Assembly (NCBI RefSeq): GCF_031769215.1
Contig: NW_026782155.1
Location: forward strand, 744,001-808,000
Reading direction: 5' to 3'
Source: Ylistrum balloti
Taxonomy: Eukaryota
Length of the DNA: 64,000 nt
Part shown: positions 63,857 to 64,000 of the stretch, piece by piece
How positions within the stretch are numbered: the first letter of the stretch is position 1
Layout of the letters: each line of letters opens with the position of its first letter
The notes under the pieces: model-generated
The model's database searches: none
Told to the model about the DNA's origin: nothing
What the model saw: the letters and a program-made list of their open reading frames with translations, nothing else
Made by a program: the position numbers and the translations under genes

Positions 63857-64000
63857 TGCACATGGTGAAGCGAGGTTAAAAGGGAAAGCAGATCAATCCA
63901 AAATCACAATAAGTGGCGGCTGTAGTGTTACATTAATATATGATGAGTGAAACCACGGCACAAAAATGAACACGAGAAAGGGAGGCACTGATATATTCAG

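Overview
AT-rich, intron-rich animal genomic DNA. The repeat families suggest a mollusc, probably a bivalve (inference). I rebuilt the exon chains by hand from splice sites, reading phase and protein homology. Gene order: last exon of a PRODH2-like proline/hydroxyproline dehydrogenase (+); MMP-A (-, 11 exons, about 540 aa); MMP-B (+, 11 exons, about 521 aa), head-to-head with MMP-A and sharing all intron phases; TRMT2A (-, 18 coding exons, 647 aa); a GAL3ST-family sulfotransferase (-); a short stathmin-domain gene (-). Repeats: a decayed full-length Tc1 (DD34E) element, a Penelope-like retroelement remnant with two further copies of its terminal repeat, SINE and Helitron-type fragments, five tandem arrays and one 190-N gap. 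Most interesting observations: (1) both MMPs carry a non-canonical double-cysteine switch, PRCGCND; (2) a minimal hammerhead ribozyme lies sense within the last PRODH2 intron; (3) a minisatellite grew out of an MMP-B splice donor; (4) MMP-A has a GC-AG intron and a neuropeptide-like G-K-R site. No prokaryotic-type system or CRISPR array is present. All functional claims are unverified inference.
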